IMG/VR virus record: IMGVR_UViG_3300048575_000132
Coordinates: 1-29,520 of that record
Origin: a virus
Lineage: Duplodnaviria > Caudoviricetes
DNA length: 29,520 nucleotides
Strand: one strand, 5' to 3'
A program made the translations under genes and the position numbers. This document shows positions 14,961 to 25,400 of the stretch, one piece after another (position 1 is the first letter of the stretch; every line of letters starts with the position of its first letter). Under the pieces are notes generated by a model, which was not told the origin of the DNA, did no database searches, and saw only the letters and a program-made list of their open reading frames with translations.

Positions 14961-15899
14961 ATGGCACGAGCCCATGGGGCGCGGGCGCAGATGGCGCTTG
15001 CGTTCGAAACCGTCTACGGCACCGCACCCGCCTCGGGCTATCGCACGGTGCCGTTTGCCAGCACTACGCTTGGCTCTGAACAACCCCTGATCGCCTCGGA
15101 ACTGCTGGGCCAGGGGCGCGATCCGCTGGCCCCGATCAAGGATGCGGTCACCGCCGACGGCGATGTCGTCGTGCCGATCGATGTCGAGAACCTCGGCCTC
15201 TGGTTGAAGGCGGCGTTCGGCGCGCCTGTCACCTCCGGCACCACGCCGAAGACCCACACCTTCCAGTCCGGTAACTGGACGTTGCCGTCGATGGCCATCG
15301 AGACGGCAATGCCCGAGGTGCCGCGCTTTGCGATGTACACCGGCTGCGTCTGCGATCAGTTGTCGTGGCAGATGGCGCGGTCGGGCCTGCTGACCGCGAC
15401 GGCCCGGCTGGTGGCGCAGGGCGAAAGCGTTGCAGCGGCCACGGCCGCAGGCACGCCCACCTCGCTGGCCCTGCAGCGCTTTGGGCATTTCAACGGGGCG
15501 ATCACGCGGAACGGCTCGCCGCTCGGCAACGTCATCTCGGCCGAGGTCACCTATTCCAACGGCATCGACCGGATCGAGACCATCCGCTCGGACGGACGCA
15601 TCGAGGGGGCCGATCCCGGCATGGCCGCGCTGACCGGTCGGGTGGAGGTGCGCTTTGCCGACAGCACGCTGATCACGCAGGCCATCGACGGCACGCCCTG
15701 CGAGCTGGTCTTCGCCTGGAGCCTCGGGGCCAACGCCAGCTTCACCTTCACCGCCCATGCCGTCTACCTGCCGCGCCCCCGGATCGAGATCCCGGGCCCG
15801 CAAGGCATCCAGGCCACCTTCGACTGGCAAGCCGCCAAGGCCGTCAGCCCCGCCCGCATGTGCACCGCCGTCCTCGTCAACACCGTTGTGAGCTATTGA
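14961..15899 (+). CDS. Major tail tube protein
   Basis: CAGGAG RBS; FETVYGTAP N-terminus; YLPRPRIEIPGPQGIQATFDWQA C-terminus; precedes the chaperones and tape measure. Confidence 0.88.
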   Translation: MARAHGARAQMALAFETVYGTAPASGYRTVPFASTTLGSEQPLIASELLGQGRDPLAPIKDAVTADGDVVVPIDVENLGLWLKAAFGAPVTSGTTPKTHTFQSGNWTLPSMAIETAMPEVPRFAMYTGCVCDQLSWQMARSGLLTATARLVAQGESVAAATAAGTPTSLALQRFGHFNGAITRNGSPLGNVISAEVTYSNGIDRIETIRSDGRIEGADPGMAALTGRVEVRFADSTLITQAIDGTPCELVFAWSLGANASFTFTAHAVYLPRPRIEIPGPQGIQATFDWQAAKAVSPARMCTAVLVNTVVSY

Positions 15900-15901
15900 C
15901 C

Positions 15902-16339
15902 ATGATCAGACTGAACCTGACTGCATCCCCTTCATGGCTGACTCTTGCCCCCGGCCTGCGCCTGCGGGTAGCACCACTGACAACCGCGCTGATGGTGTCT
16001 GCCCGCGCCGACCCGGCAATAGAAGCTCTGCCGGACACCGCGACCCAACAGGAACTGGCCCTAGCGATGGCCAAGGCCGTCGCCCGCCGTGCTGTGCTGG
16101 ATTGGGAGGGTGTCGGCGACGAGGCGGGCGATGCCGTGCTCGTCACCCCCGAAGGCATCGACGCACTGCTGGAAATCTGGCCGGTCTTCGAGGCGTTCCA
16201 GACCCAGTACGTCGCCAAGGGCCTCATCCTGGACGCGGAAAAAAACGTCTCCGCGCCCTTGCCGACTGGTCCTTCGGTGGGGGCGACCGCTACTGCGCGG
16301 CCTGCACGGGGCGCTGCCCCGACTGCCCCGCAAGACTGA
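15902..16339 (+). CDS. Tail assembly chaperone (gpG-like, 145 aa)
   Basis: ATG 15902 just after the tube stop; VLDWEGVGD motif; slippery GAA AAA AAC near the 3' end. Confidence 0.8.
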   Translation: MIRLNLTASPSWLTLAPGLRLRVAPLTTALMVSARADPAIEALPDTATQQELALAMAKAVARRAVLDWEGVGDEAGDAVLVTPEGIDALLEIWPVFEAFQTQYVAKGLILDAEKNVSAPLPTGPSVGATATARPARGAAPTAPQD

Positions 16340-16566
16340 ACCGGCCGCAGACAGAAGACGGCTGGCAGGTCTGGGATCTGGTCGGCCGCCTTGGTGGCCA
16401 GCTGCGGGTCATCCCCGGCGCGGTGCTAGGCTGGGATATGGGAGCAGCTCTGGCGATGGCCAATGCCCTCGGGATCGACACCCTCATCGCCGTCGAACTG
16501 CTGCCCGAGATTGAGGCGGTGATGGTGCGCAAGCTGAACGAACAGATCGGAGACGGCCATGGCTGA
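16240..16566 (+). CDS. -1 frameshift extension of the chaperone (gpGT-like T segment)
   Basis: A AAA AAC at 16240-16246; the -1 frame is open to 16566 (KRLRALADWSFGGGDRYCAACTGRCPDC..GWDMGAALAMA..LLPEIEAVMV) and overlaps the tape measure start. Confidence 0.8.
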   Translation, partial: KKRLRALADWSFGGGDRYCAACTGRCPDCPARLNRPQTEDGWQVWDLVGRLGGQLRVIPGAVLGWDMGAALAMANALGIDTLIAVELLPEIEAVMVRKLNEQIGDGHG

Positions 16567-19006
16567 GAAAAGGGTCAGTGTCCGGCTTGTCGCGGAAGGC
16601 GGCCGCCAGGTTCGGGCCGAACTGGAAGGGATCGGCGAGGCGGGCACGCGCGGTTTCGGCCGCCTGTCCGCCGAGATGGAACTGGCCAATGCCCGGCTGG
16701 GCAGCTTTGCCCGCAAGGCCGGGATCGCACTTGCCGCCGTGACAGCTGCCGCAGCTGCCGCAGGCGTGGCGATGGTCCGGTCCGGCCTCGACGTGATCGG
16801 CGCACAGGCAGACATGGCCGCTTCGCTCCGGACAACTGTCGAAAGCCTGCAGGTCCTGACATGGGCTGGCGAGCTGGCCGGTGTCTCAATGGGCGAGATC
16901 GAACAGGCCACAAAGAAACTGACTACGCGGCTGTCTGAAGCCGCCGCCGGGTCAGGATCGGCCGTTGGTGCGCTACAGCGGCTGAACCTGACCGCCGCCC
17001 AATTGCAGGCGCTGCCGCTCGACCAGCGCATCGTCGCCATCCAGGAGGCCCTTAACCAGTTCGTGTCCGAGGCCGAACGCGCTGCCGTGGCATCCGACCT
17101 CTTCGGTGACCAGGCGGCACTGGCATTTCTGCGCATCGACGCCGCCACATTGCGGGAGGCGGCGCAGGACGTGCAGGATTTTGGGGTGGCGGTCAGCGCG
17201 GCCGACGCTGCGCAGATCGAACGCACCGGCGATGCCATCGCCAAGCTGAGCCTGATCTGGCTCGGCCTGACCAACCGCCTGACCGCTGCCGTCGCCCCGG
17301 CGCTGGAAACGGTGGCGAACGCACTGGCCGACATGGCGCGCGGCACCGGGCCCATCGGCGGTGCGATCACTGCCGTCTTCGACAACCTTGCACGGCTTGC
17401 CACCTATGCCGCAACCTTCGCCGCCTTCATGGCCGGTCGCTGGGTGGCCGGGCTGGCCGTTGCTGCACTGTCGGTACGCGGCCTTGCTACGGCGCTGGTT
17501 TTCCTGCGGAGCGCGCTGATCCGCACCGGCATTGGCGCGCTGATCGTTGGTGCCGGGGAACTGGTCTACCAGTTCTCGCAGCTTGTCACCCGTGTCGGCG
17601 GCGTGGGCGAAGCCTTCCGCCTGCTGGGTGATCTGGCGAAAGAAGTCTGGTCGCGCATCGGCCTGTCGCTCGACGCCGCCTTTGCCAACATGGCTGCGGG
17701 TTGGGAGGGGCTAAAGGCGGCGGGGCTGTCGGCGTTGGAAGGCACCATAGCGGGCGTGGTCAGCTTCGGCGACCGGACGGCCGCGATCTTCCAGGGGGCT
17801 TATGATGCGGCCGTCGCGATCTGGGGCAGTCTTCCCGGCGCCATCGGCGACTTTGCCTTTCAGGCGGCGAACGGGCTGATTTCCGGGGTCGAGGCGATGT
17901 TGAATGGCGTCGTCACGCGCATCAACAATTTCATCAACGGGTTGAACGCCGCGCTGGACCTTTTGCCGGATTGGGCGGTCGGCGAAGGCGGGGTCCGGAT
18001 CGGCACGCTTGACCCGGTGGAACTTGCCCGGATCGGCAACCCATTCGAGGGTGCGGCGACAGCGGCCGGGGCGGCCGCAGCAGATGCCTTCTCGGCAGCG
18101 CTGTCCCGGACGTATTTGGAGCCGCCCGATCTCGGACTGGGCGCGATGGCAGACGATGCGCGTGGCCGGGCTGACGGTTACCGCGAAGCAGCAGGCATGC
18201 TGGCCGATGCTGCCGGGCGTCCGCTGGCCAGTTGGAAAGCCTTACGCGATGCGGTGAGCGGCACCGGATCGGATGCCGAAACGGCGCTAGCAGATGCCGC
18301 CAACTCGGCGGATGCCCTGAACACCGAACTGGACGACACCGCTGTCGCTGCCGGGACTGCGGGTGCAGCCGCGCGCGACGCCGGGGCTGAAGCTGCCGCA
18401 GGTGCTGACCAGGCCGCAACCGGGTGGGGTGGGGTGACCGCCGCGCTGGCTGATTACGCCTCCAAAGCGCGCAACATCGGCGGGGATATCGGCCAGGCGC
18501 TCGTTGGTGCCTTCACCTCGGCCGAGAACGCGGTGGGCGAGTTCGTGAAGACCGGCAAGCTCGACTTCCGCGATCTGGTCACGTCGATGATCGCCGATCT
18601 GGCCAAGCTGGCGGCGCGGACCTTCATCCTTGGGCCGATTGCGAACGCCCTTTCCGGAGCCCTCGGCGGCGCGGGCGGGATCTTCGCCAATATCCTCCAT
18701 GCCGGTGGCATGGTCGGCTCGCCGGGCCCGGGCCGCATGGTTCCGGCACTGGCCTTTGCCAATGCCCCGCGAATGCATGCGGGCGGCTGGGCCGGGATCA
18801 AGCCAGACGAGGTTCCGGCGATCTTGCAGAAGGGCGAGCGTGTCCTCTCGCGCCGCGAGGCCGCTGGATACGGTCAAGGCCAGTCCGGCGCACCCGCCGT
18901 CAACGTCACAATCATGGCTCGCGACGCCGAAAGCTTCCGGCAATCGCGCACGCAGGTGGCGAGCGATATTGCCCGCGCAGTGTCGCTGGGTCGAAGGGGC
19001 ATGTGA
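16559..19006 (+). CDS. Tail tape measure protein (815 aa)
   Basis: Long Ala/Gly-rich helical ORF; lambda-like C-terminal FVKTGKLDFRDLVTSMIADL and MHAGG..DEVPAILQKGERVL. Confidence 0.92.
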   Translation: MAEKRVSVRLVAEGGRQVRAELEGIGEAGTRGFGRLSAEMELANARLGSFARKAGIALAAVTAAAAAAGVAMVRSGLDVIGAQADMAASLRTTVESLQVLTWAGELAGVSMGEIEQATKKLTTRLSEAAAGSGSAVGALQRLNLTAAQLQALPLDQRIVAIQEALNQFVSEAERAAVASDLFGDQAALAFLRIDAATLREAAQDVQDFGVAVSAADAAQIERTGDAIAKLSLIWLGLTNRLTAAVAPALETVANALADMARGTGPIGGAITAVFDNLARLATYAATFAAFMAGRWVAGLAVAALSVRGLATALVFLRSALIRTGIGALIVGAGELVYQFSQLVTRVGGVGEAFRLLGDLAKEVWSRIGLSLDAAFANMAAGWEGLKAAGLSALEGTIAGVVSFGDRTAAIFQGAYDAAVAIWGSLPGAIGDFAFQAANGLISGVEAMLNGVVTRINNFINGLNAALDLLPDWAVGEGGVRIGTLDPVELARIGNPFEGAATAAGAAAADAFSAALSRTYLEPPDLGLGAMADDARGRADGYREAAGMLADAAGRPLASWKALRDAVSGTGSDAETALADAANSADALNTELDDTAVAAGTAGAAARDAGAEAAAGADQAATGWGGVTAALADYASKARNIGGDIGQALVGAFTSAENAVGEFVKTGKLDFRDLVTSMIADLAKLAARTFILGPIANALSGALGGAGGIFANILHAGGMVGSPGPGRMVPALAFANAPRMHAGGWAGIKPDEVPAILQKGERVLSRREAAGYGQGQSGAPAVNVTIMARDAESFRQSRTQVASDIARAVSLGRRGM

Positions 19007-19632
19007 TGGCGTTTCACGAGGTGCGTTTCCCCGACAACATCAGCCGCGGGGCGCGCGGGGGGCCGGAACGACGCACGCAAGTGGTCGAACTGGCCTCTGG
19101 CGACGAGGAGCGCAACGCCAGCTGGGCCAACTCGCGCCGCCGCTATGATGTGGCCTACGGCATCCGTCGTGCCGACGATCTGGCGGCGGTCGTCGCCTTT
19201 TTCGAGGCGCGAAACGGCCGCCTGCACGGGTTTCGCTACAAGGACTGGGCCGACTACAAGTCCTGCCTGCCCTCGCAGGCGGTGGCCCCGATCGATCAGC
19301 CGATCGGCACCGGCAATGGCGCAGTCACCACCTTCGCCCTGCTGAAGCGCTACACTTCCGGCGCACAAAGCTGGACCCGGGCCATCGCCAAGCCGGTGGC
19401 AGGGACCGTCCGTCTTGCCCTGAACGGCGTCGAGCAGATGACCGGCTGGAGCGTCAACACCGCCACCGGCAGCGTGACCTTCACCACCGCCCCGGGCGCA
19501 GGCCTGGCGATCACAGCGGGCTTCGAGTTCGACGTTCCCGTCCGTTTCGACACCGACATGCTCGACGTCACCCTCGACCTTGAGCGGCTGGGCTCGATTA
19601 CATCCATTCCACTGCTGGAGATCCGGCGATGA
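19006..19632 (+). CDS. DUF2460/TIGR02217 distal tail protein (RcGTA g12-like)
   Basis: MAFHEVRFP..GGPERRT..SGDEERNASW..FFEARNGRLHGFRYKDW..AGFEFDVPVRFDTD. Confidence 0.92.
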   Translation: MAFHEVRFPDNISRGARGGPERRTQVVELASGDEERNASWANSRRRYDVAYGIRRADDLAAVVAFFEARNGRLHGFRYKDWADYKSCLPSQAVAPIDQPIGTGNGAVTTFALLKRYTSGAQSWTRAIAKPVAGTVRLALNGVEQMTGWSVNTATGSVTFTTAPGAGLAITAGFEFDVPVRFDTDMLDVTLDLERLGSITSIPLLEIRR

Positions 19633-19979
19633 ACGAAGAAACCGGCTTTGTCGCAGCCGTTTTGCGCGATCTGGCGACCTCCACCGCCGTCATTCTGGCG
19701 GCCTGGGGCGCGCTTGGCGGTGCGACCAACGCCCTGACCACGCGGATGCGGCTGCGAGACGCCCTGCGCCACATCCTGCTCGGCGGTCTGATCGCGGCCG
19801 GGATGGGCAGCCTGTCCATGGCGGTCATCACCGCCTGGCTCAGCCTGCCGTCGCAAGCGATCCCGGCCGGGGGTGCGGCGGGCTCGGCCGCCTATCTGGT
19901 CGGCGTCTTCGGCCCCGCCTTCATCGAGGTCGTCCTTTCCAGGCTGCGCGGCAGCAAGGGGGGCAACCCCGATGAATGA
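19629..19979 (+). CDS. Putative holin (three hydrophobic segments)
   Basis: Hydrophobic helices with a basic C-terminal tail, upstream of the endolysin. Confidence 0.65.
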   Translation: MNEETGFVAAVLRDLATSTAVILAAWGALGGATNALTTRMRLRDALRHILLGGLIAAGMGSLSMAVITAWLSLPSQAIPAGGAAGSAAYLVGVFGPAFIEVVLSRLRGSKGGNPDE

Positions 19980-20106
19980 ACTTCTCCGTCTCGCGCGCGC
20001 CATCCGCTGCGATGCCGCTGACCCGGCACAAGCCTTCAGCCATCGCCTGCGCATCGGCCTGCTGGTCGCCGCCCTGATCCTCATCCTTTCCTCCATCTTC
20101 GGGTGA
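19972..20106 (+). CDS. Small membrane protein (44 aa) in the lysis cassette
   Basis: MNELLRLARAIRCDAADPAQAFSHRLRIGLLVAALILILSSIFG; overlaps the holin stop and ends 4 nt before the endolysin. Confidence 0.6.
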   Translation: MNELLRLARAIRCDAADPAQAFSHRLRIGLLVAALILILSSIFG

Positions 20107-20110
20107 TCCC

Positions 20111-20770
20111 ATGCACATGACCGACCGGGGCCTGCTGGCCCTCGTCCGGCACGAAGGACTCGTGCCCGGACCTTATCTCGATGTGAAGAACGTCTGGACC
20201 TTCGGCATCGGCCATACTGCCTCGGCCGGGCCGCCCGATCCGGCGCGGATGCCGCGCGGCATGCCCGCCAATCTCGATGCCGGGATCAGGGAGGCGTTCC
20301 GGCTCTTCCGAGCCGACATCCTGGCCTACGAGGCCGAGGTGCTGCGCGCGGTGAAGGTACCGCTGGAACCGCACGAGTTCGATGCGCTGGTCAGCTTCCA
20401 CTACAACACCGGCGGCATTGCCAAGGCCTCGCTGAGCCGCCATCTGAACGCGGGCAACCGCGCCGCTGCCGCGCAAGGGTTCATGGGTTGGCTCCGCCCC
20501 GCCGCCATCCGCACGCGGCGGGAGGCCGAACGCGATCTGTTCCGCGATGGCCGCTATCCGACCGGCACCATTCCGGTCTGGGCTGTGGATCGCAATGGCC
20601 GTGTGGATTTCTCACGGCCGATCCGGCGACTGACTGAAGCAGAAGCGCTGGCATTTCTGAGCCCGACGAGCCAGCCGGTGCCGTTGCCCGTGCCAACAGA
20701 GCCGATTTCGCCCAGCGGCTGGCTCGCACGCCTCGCCACCTTTTTCTCCAACCTCACCCGGAGGGTCTGA
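20111..20770 (+). CDS. Endolysin, GH24 (T4-like) lysozyme
   Basis: Catalytic E-x8-D-x5-T (HEGLVPGPYLDVKNVWT), FGIGHT, EFDALVSFHYNTG, RREAERDLF. Confidence 0.92.
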   Translation: MHMTDRGLLALVRHEGLVPGPYLDVKNVWTFGIGHTASAGPPDPARMPRGMPANLDAGIREAFRLFRADILAYEAEVLRAVKVPLEPHEFDALVSFHYNTGGIAKASLSRHLNAGNRAAAAQGFMGWLRPAAIRTRREAERDLFRDGRYPTGTIPVWAVDRNGRVDFSRPIRRLTEAEALAFLSPTSQPVPLPVPTEPISPSGWLARLATFFSNLTRRV

Positions 20771-20773
20771 CCC

Positions 20774-21004
20774 ATGCGCTATTTCCAACCGACCTCGCTG
20801 ACCTGGTGGGCGGGGCTGCTCGCCGTGCTGACCGGCAGCGGAGCGCTTTTCCTGCCCGATCAAGGCCAGCTTGCCGAACTGGCCAGGCTGGTCGCGATCC
20901 TTGCCGGGGCGGGTGATGCCTCGCCGATGACTCTGATCACGCTCGGTCTGGGCCTGATCGGTCTGCGCGACCGGATCGAACGCGGGTTCCGGGGCGATGC
21001 TTGA
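20774..21004 (+). CDS. Small membrane protein (76 aa), lysis cassette
   Basis: Two to three hydrophobic segments; directly after the endolysin. Confidence 0.7.
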   Translation: MRYFQPTSLTWWAGLLAVLTGSGALFLPDQGQLAELARLVAILAGAGDASPMTLITLGLGLIGLRDRIERGFRGDA

Positions 21005-21092
21005 GTTCTTCGCAGGCATGATCATCGGCGGAGTGATGGGGGTGTTCGTTGCCGCCCTCTGTGCGGCAGCATCGAGGGGAGATCGGCCATGA
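20997..21092 (+). CDS. 31-aa hydrophobic peptide (below the ORF-track cutoff)
   Basis: MLEFFAGMIIGGVMGVFVAALCAAASRGDRP*; fills the gap exactly, with ATGA coupling to the next gene. Confidence 0.6.
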   Translation: MLEFFAGMIIGGVMGVFVAALCAAASRGDRP

Positions 21093-21973
21093 AGGCGATG
21101 TCGCCCGCGCTGCAGGCCCATCTCGACGAGGGCACGACGACGCTGTCCTGGTGCTGGCGGATCGCGCGGGCCGATGGGGTGACGCTTGGCTTCACCGACC
21201 ACGACCAGACCCTGACGTTTGACGGCACCGATTTTGAACCGGAGAGCGGCTTTGCGGCCTCCGAGGTGCGTTCGGGGTCCGACCTGTCTGTCGATGCGCA
21301 GGACGCGCAAGGGGTCCTGTCGTCGGACCGGATCACCGAGACAGATATCCTCGACGGTCGTTGGGACAATGCGGCCGTCGAAGTGTGGCGGGTGAATTGG
21401 GCCGCGACCTCCCAGCGCCTGCTGATGCGGCGCGGGGCCATCGGCCAGATCCGGCGCGGGCGGCTGGCCTTCGTCGCCGAGGTGCGCAGTCTTGCCCACG
21501 TCCTCGGTCAGACCGTCGGTCGGACGTTTCAGGCGAGCTGCGATGCAGCCCTCAGCGATGCGCGGTGCGGAGTCAATCTCGATGCCCCGGCGTTCAAGGG
21601 CACCGGCGCAATCATCGACCTGCTGCGCGATCGTGCTTTCACCGCCTCTGGTCTTGGCTTCTTCACCTCCGGCTGGTTCACCTTCGGCACCCTCGACTGG
21701 ACCAGCGGGGCCAATGTCGGGCGGCGGGCCGAGGTGTTGTCGCACGACCTCGTCGACGGCGTCGCCTTCCTGACAATGCTGGAAGCCCCGGTGCGCGCCA
21801 TTGCCGCGACCGACACCTTCACCATCCGTGCCGGGTGCGACAAGCGCATCGCGACCTGCGGGACCAAGTTCGTCAATGTCGCCAACTTCCGGGGCTTTCC
21901 CAATATCCCCGGCCAGGATGCTGTCCTGCGCTATGCCACCACTGATGGCGGCCATGAGGGGGCTGTGCTGTGA
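21089..21973 (+). CDS. DUF2163/TIGR02218 baseplate hub protein (RcGTA g13-like)
   Basis: WCWRIARADGVTLGFTDHD; CDAALSDARC; GCDKRIATCGTKFVNVANFRGFP Cys cluster. Confidence 0.93.
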   Translation: MKAMSPALQAHLDEGTTTLSWCWRIARADGVTLGFTDHDQTLTFDGTDFEPESGFAASEVRSGSDLSVDAQDAQGVLSSDRITETDILDGRWDNAAVEVWRVNWAATSQRLLMRRGAIGQIRRGRLAFVAEVRSLAHVLGQTVGRTFQASCDAALSDARCGVNLDAPAFKGTGAIIDLLRDRAFTASGLGFFTSGWFTFGTLDWTSGANVGRRAEVLSHDLVDGVAFLTMLEAPVRAIAATDTFTIRAGCDKRIATCGTKFVNVANFRGFPNIPGQDAVLRYATTDGGHEGAVL

Positions 21974-22404
21974 CAGCGGCCGATCCCGATCTGGTCATCG
22001 CCATCGCGCGGTCCTGGCTGGGAACGCCCTACCACGATCAGGCCAGCCTCAAGGGGGTCGGCTGCGACTGCCTTGGCCTCGCGCGCGGTGTCTGGCGCGA
22101 CGTTGTCGGGCCCGAGCCGTTTCCAATCCCGCCCTACAGTCGTGACTGGGGCGAAAGCGGTCCGCGCGAAGTTCTAGCCGAAGGCGCACGACGGATGATG
22201 CCGGAAATCGCACCCGCCGATGCCCCGCCCGGGGCGCTGATCCTGTTCCGCATGATGCCCCGCGCTATCGCCAAGCATGTCGGCATCCTCACCGGTCCCG
22301 ACACCTTCCTGCATGCCTACGAGCGGCTCGGCGTGATCGAGGAACCGCTGACCCTCACCTGGCGACGGCGCATCGCCTTCGCCTTCCTCTTTCCCCAACG
22401 CTGA
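21970..22404 (+). CDS. NlpC/P60 cell-wall peptidase (RcGTA g14-like)
   Basis: ARSWLGTPYHDQAS..GCDCLGLARGVW..KHVGI..FLHAY catalytic Cys/His. Confidence 0.92.
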   Translation: MTAADPDLVIAIARSWLGTPYHDQASLKGVGCDCLGLARGVWRDVVGPEPFPIPPYSRDWGESGPREVLAEGARRMMPEIAPADAPPGALILFRMMPRAIAKHVGILTGPDTFLHAYERLGVIEEPLTLTWRRRIAFAFLFPQR

Positions 22405-22413
22405 GAGTTTTCC

Positions 22414-25400
22414 ATGGCCACGCTCGTCCTCGGCGCTGTCGGTACTGCCATCGGCGGGGCCTTTGGTGGCGCGATCCTCGGCTTTTCCGGTGCGGCCATC
22501 GGCGGCTTCATCGGATCGACCGTGGGCTCCGTGGTCGACAGCTGGATCGTGTCATCGTTGGCCCCGGCCCAGCGGATCGAAGGCGCGCGGCTCGACACGC
22601 TGCGCATTACCTCGGCCACCGAAGGAGCGGTGATCCCGCGCCTCTACGGCCGGATGCGGATCGGCGGGAACATCATCTGGGCCACCGATTTCCGCGAAGA
22701 GACCAAGACCACCACCCAAGGTGGCGGAAAAGGTGGCGGCGGTGGCAAGGTCAAGACGACGGAATACCTCTACTATGCCAGCTTCGCCGTGGCGCTCTGC
22801 GAGGGGCCGATCACCGGCATTGGCCGTGTCTGGGCGGACGGAAAGGCAATGGACATGACCGGCGTGACCTGGCGCTGGTATCCCGGCAGCGAGGTACAAA
22901 CGGCCGATCCCTTCATCGCCGCCAAGATGGGGGCCGCCAATACCCCCGCCTATCGCGGCACGGCCTATGTCGTGTTCGAGGATCTGGCGCTGGCAACCTT
23001 CGGCAACCGCCTGCCGCAACTGTCGTTCGAAGTGTTCCGCCCGCTGGCCGATCCCGACACCGCCGAAGGCCTGACCCGTGCCGTGACCCTGATCCCGGCC
23101 TCGGGCGAGTTCACCTATGCCACCGACGCCATCCGCAAGGGCAGCGGCGGTGCCACGGTGGCCGAGAACCTGAACGCGCTGCCCGACCGGCCCGACATCG
23201 TGGTGGCGCTGGACCGGCTGCAGGCCATGGCCCCGGCCGTCGAGACCGTCAGCCTCGTCGTGGCCTGGTTTGGCAACGATCTGCGTGCCGGATCCTGCAA
23301 GGTGAAGCCAGGTGTCGAGGTCGCCTCCAAGGCCACCACCCCCGCCAATTGGTCGGTGAATGGCGTCAGCCGCGCCAGCGCCCATCTGGTCAGCCGCGAC
23401 TCCGAGGATCGCCCGGTCTATGGCGGCACGCCTGCAGATTTCGCGGTGGTGCAGGCGATCCAGGAGATGAAGGCGCGCGGGCTACGCGTGACTTTCTATC
23501 CCTTCCTGCTGATGGACGTGCCGCTCGGCAACACGCTGCCAAACCCCTACAGCGCCAACGCTGCCAATCCCGGCCAGCCTGCGTTCCCGTGGCGGGGGCG
23601 GATCACCTGTTCCCCGGCAGCGGGTTTTGCCGGATCGGTCGACAAGACCGGCACGGCGGCAACGCAGGTCTCCGCGCTGTTTGGTGCTGCAACGGCAGGC
23701 AATTTCAGCGTGTCAGGCGAGACCGTCAGCTTCACCGGTTCGCCCAGCGACTGGGGTCTGCGCCGCATGGTGCTGCATTACGCCCACCTCTGCGCGGCGG
23801 CGGGTGGGGTCGATGCCTTCCTGATCGGCACCGAGATGCCCGGCCTGACCACCATCCGCTCGGGGGCCAGCACGTATCCGGCCGTCACCGCCTTCAAGAC
23901 CCTCGCGGCCGACGTGAGCGCCATTCTCGGCGCGGGCACCAAGATCGGCTATGCGGCGGACTGGTCCGAGTACTTCGGCCATCATCCGCAGGACGGCAGC
24001 GGCGATGTCTATTTCCACCTCGACTCGCTCTGGTCGGATGCCAACATCGATTTCGTGGGCATCGACAACTACCTGCCGCTGTCCGACTGGCGGGATGGCT
24101 TCGATCATGCAGATGCGCTCGAAGGCTGGCCTGCGATTTACGACCGCGCCTATTTGCAGGCGAACATCGCGGGCGGTGAAGGCTTCGACTGGTTCTATGC
24201 CAGCGCCGCCGACCGCTCCGCGCAAATCCGCACGCCGATCACCGATGGCGCGGTTGGCAAGCCTTGGGTGTTTCGCCCGAAGGATATCCGCGCCTGGTGG
24301 CAGAGCCAGCATTTCAACCGGCCGGGCGGAGTGGAGAGCGGCTTGGCCACCGCATGGGTGCCGCAGTCCAAACCGATCCGCTTCACTGAACTGGGCTGCC
24401 CGGCCATCGACCGGGGCACCAACCAGCCCAACGTCTTCTTCGACCCGAAGTCGTCGGAGAGCTTCACGCCGTATTTCTCGCGCGGCTGGCGCGACGATGC
24501 GATCCAGCGCGCCTATCTGGAAGCGAGCTACCTGCATTGGGGCGAGCCGGCCAACAACCCGATCTCCGCCGTCTACGGCGGCCGCATGGTGCATGTGCCG
24601 GAATGCGCCGCCTGGACCTGGGACGCGCGGCCCTATCCGTTCTTTCCGGAACTGACCGACGTCTGGACCGATGGTCCGAACTGGCGGCTCGGTCATTGGC
24701 TGACCGGACGGCTGGGCGCGGTGTCGCTGGCGGCCCTCGTGCGCCACCTTTGCCTGCGCGCCGGAATGCCGGAGGCGCTGATCGACGTGTCCGGCCTCTG
24801 GGGGGCTGTTGAAGGTTACGCCATCACCGCCTTGGAAGCCCCGCGCTCCTCGATCAGCACGCTGGCCCGGCATTTCGGCTTTGATGCCATCGAGACCGAA
24901 GGCATGATCCGCTTCGTAATGCGCGGGCGGGCGTCCGTTGTGACCTTGGCACATGACGACCTTGTGGCGTCCCACGACGGCGAGGCGCTGGAACTGGTCC
25001 GCGCGCAGGAAACCGAACTGCCGCAGGCGCTGAAGTGGCAGGTGGCCCGCGCCGATGAGGATTATGACGCGGCGCTGGTCGAAGCCCGCCGCATCACCGT
25101 CGACACCACCCGCATTGCGTCCGAGTCCTTCCCGATGGCAATCCCGCCCGAGGAGGCCGAACGCCGCTGCCGCCGCGCACTGATGGAAGCCTGGATCGGC
25201 CGCGAAAGCGCCACCTTCCGCCTGCCGCCGTCGCGGCTGGCGCTGGACCCAGCAGACGTGATCCGGCTGGCCAATGATGGCCGCGAGATCGAGTTGCGCC
25301 TCGTGTCCATCGCCGATTCCGATGGGCTCAGCATGGAGGCCGTCCGTCAGGACCGCGCCGCCTATGACCTGCCGCCCGGAGATCCCCGCCCGGCCTCGCT

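Noticed and set aside
20997-21092. o-spanin lipoprotein
   Set aside because: AALC is not a canonical lipobox and only 9 residues follow the Cys.
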